A DNA stretch of 63,791 nucleotides, counting the filler, from Octopus bimaculoides (Eukaryota), in assembly GCF_001194135.2 (NCBI RefSeq). It is 5 parts of 5 records of this genome, joined end to end, with 100 filler letters (N's around TTAATTAATTAA, not from the genome) between each part and the next. Parts side by side here need not be neighbours in the genome. Positions count along the whole stretch, not along the records: positions 47,099 to 63,791 come from NC_068992.1; 4 more parts are not named here. One strand, given 5' to 3'. Of this stretch, positions 63,369 to 63,791 are shown piece after piece (the stretch's first letter is position 1; every line of letters starts with the position of its first letter). Made by a program: the position numbers and the translations under genes. Below the pieces are notes generated by a model. The model was not told the origin of the DNA and did not search any database. It worked only from the letters and a program-made list of their open reading frames with translations.

Positions 63369-63610
63369 CTGACTTCCTATTTCTTTTTAAAGTCTTGCCT
63401 TTTTTTTTTTGGCAGCTGACTCCTCTCGCTTTTCCTCCTCTTTTATTTATTTATTTATTTATTTGTATATTAATTTTTTTTGTTACACCTGTCTCCCCTT
63501 CAACCTTCTTGTTTTCATGTTCGCACGTTCCTCCACCCACACCTCAACCTCATACTGCCACTGTCTTTACTACAAACACCTACACGGCCTTACAACCCTA
63601 ACGGCTGCTT

Positions 63611-63632
63611 TGCGATTGGTTACATTTGCACA
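63611..63632 (-). promoter_or_regulatory. Possible CCAAT box upstream of the chitin-binding gene
   Basis: The minus strand reads GTGCAAATGTAACCAATCGC about 250 nt upstream of the ATG. Motif evidence only. Confidence 0.2.
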
Positions 63633-63742
63633 TAATTATGCCCTCCTACCCCGGCCTCATCCTCCTCTATCTTTCTCTCTCTCTCACTCACGCACGTAAA
63701 TATATACAGAGTCACACTCGTGTACACATGTTATAAAATGTC

Positions 63743-63791
<49 letters not shown>

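Noticed and set aside
1-63791. CRISPR arrays, rRNA genes, intact tRNA genes, prokaryotic operons
   Set aside because: None seen. The regularly recurring sequences are SINEs and microsatellites in a eukaryotic genome.

Overview
This is AT-rich, microsatellite-dense animal DNA. An octopus (cephalopod) draft assembly is inferred from the SINE families and repeat landscape. Four identical 100-bp spacers (44 N + TTAATTAATTAA + 44 N) split the window into five blocks that may not be contiguous in the genome. Almost all ORFs in the supplied track are microsatellite or N-gap artefacts. Two pieces of host coding sequence are recognisable, both on the minus strand. One is a 105-nt exon encoding a Mind bomb SH3-repeat (REP) segment (31290-31394). 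The other is the 5' part of a secreted chitin-binding (CBM14/peritrophin-A) mucin-like gene, with a strong exon at 61585-62073 and a probable signal-peptide exon at 63258-63368. A few further orphan exons are weak candidates. The remainder is transposon-derived: several tRNA-derived SINE families, Dong/R4-type LINE fragments beside (AAT)n tracts, a Penelope-like relic with hammerhead-ribozyme-like motifs, three mariner derivatives and several foldback/MITE elements. I found no convincing wholly new biological system. The best leads are (i) short templated inverted duplications, two of them perfect with ~170-bp spacers; (ii) a palindromic Penelope-type element whose two arms carry complementary-damaged hammerhead cores; (iii) blockwise CpG decay in SINE copies, suggesting alternating methylated and unmethylated domains; (iv) an apparently unnamed MITE with an 8-9 bp TSD; and (v) the two host genes. 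All alignments and translations were done by eye; no database searches were run.
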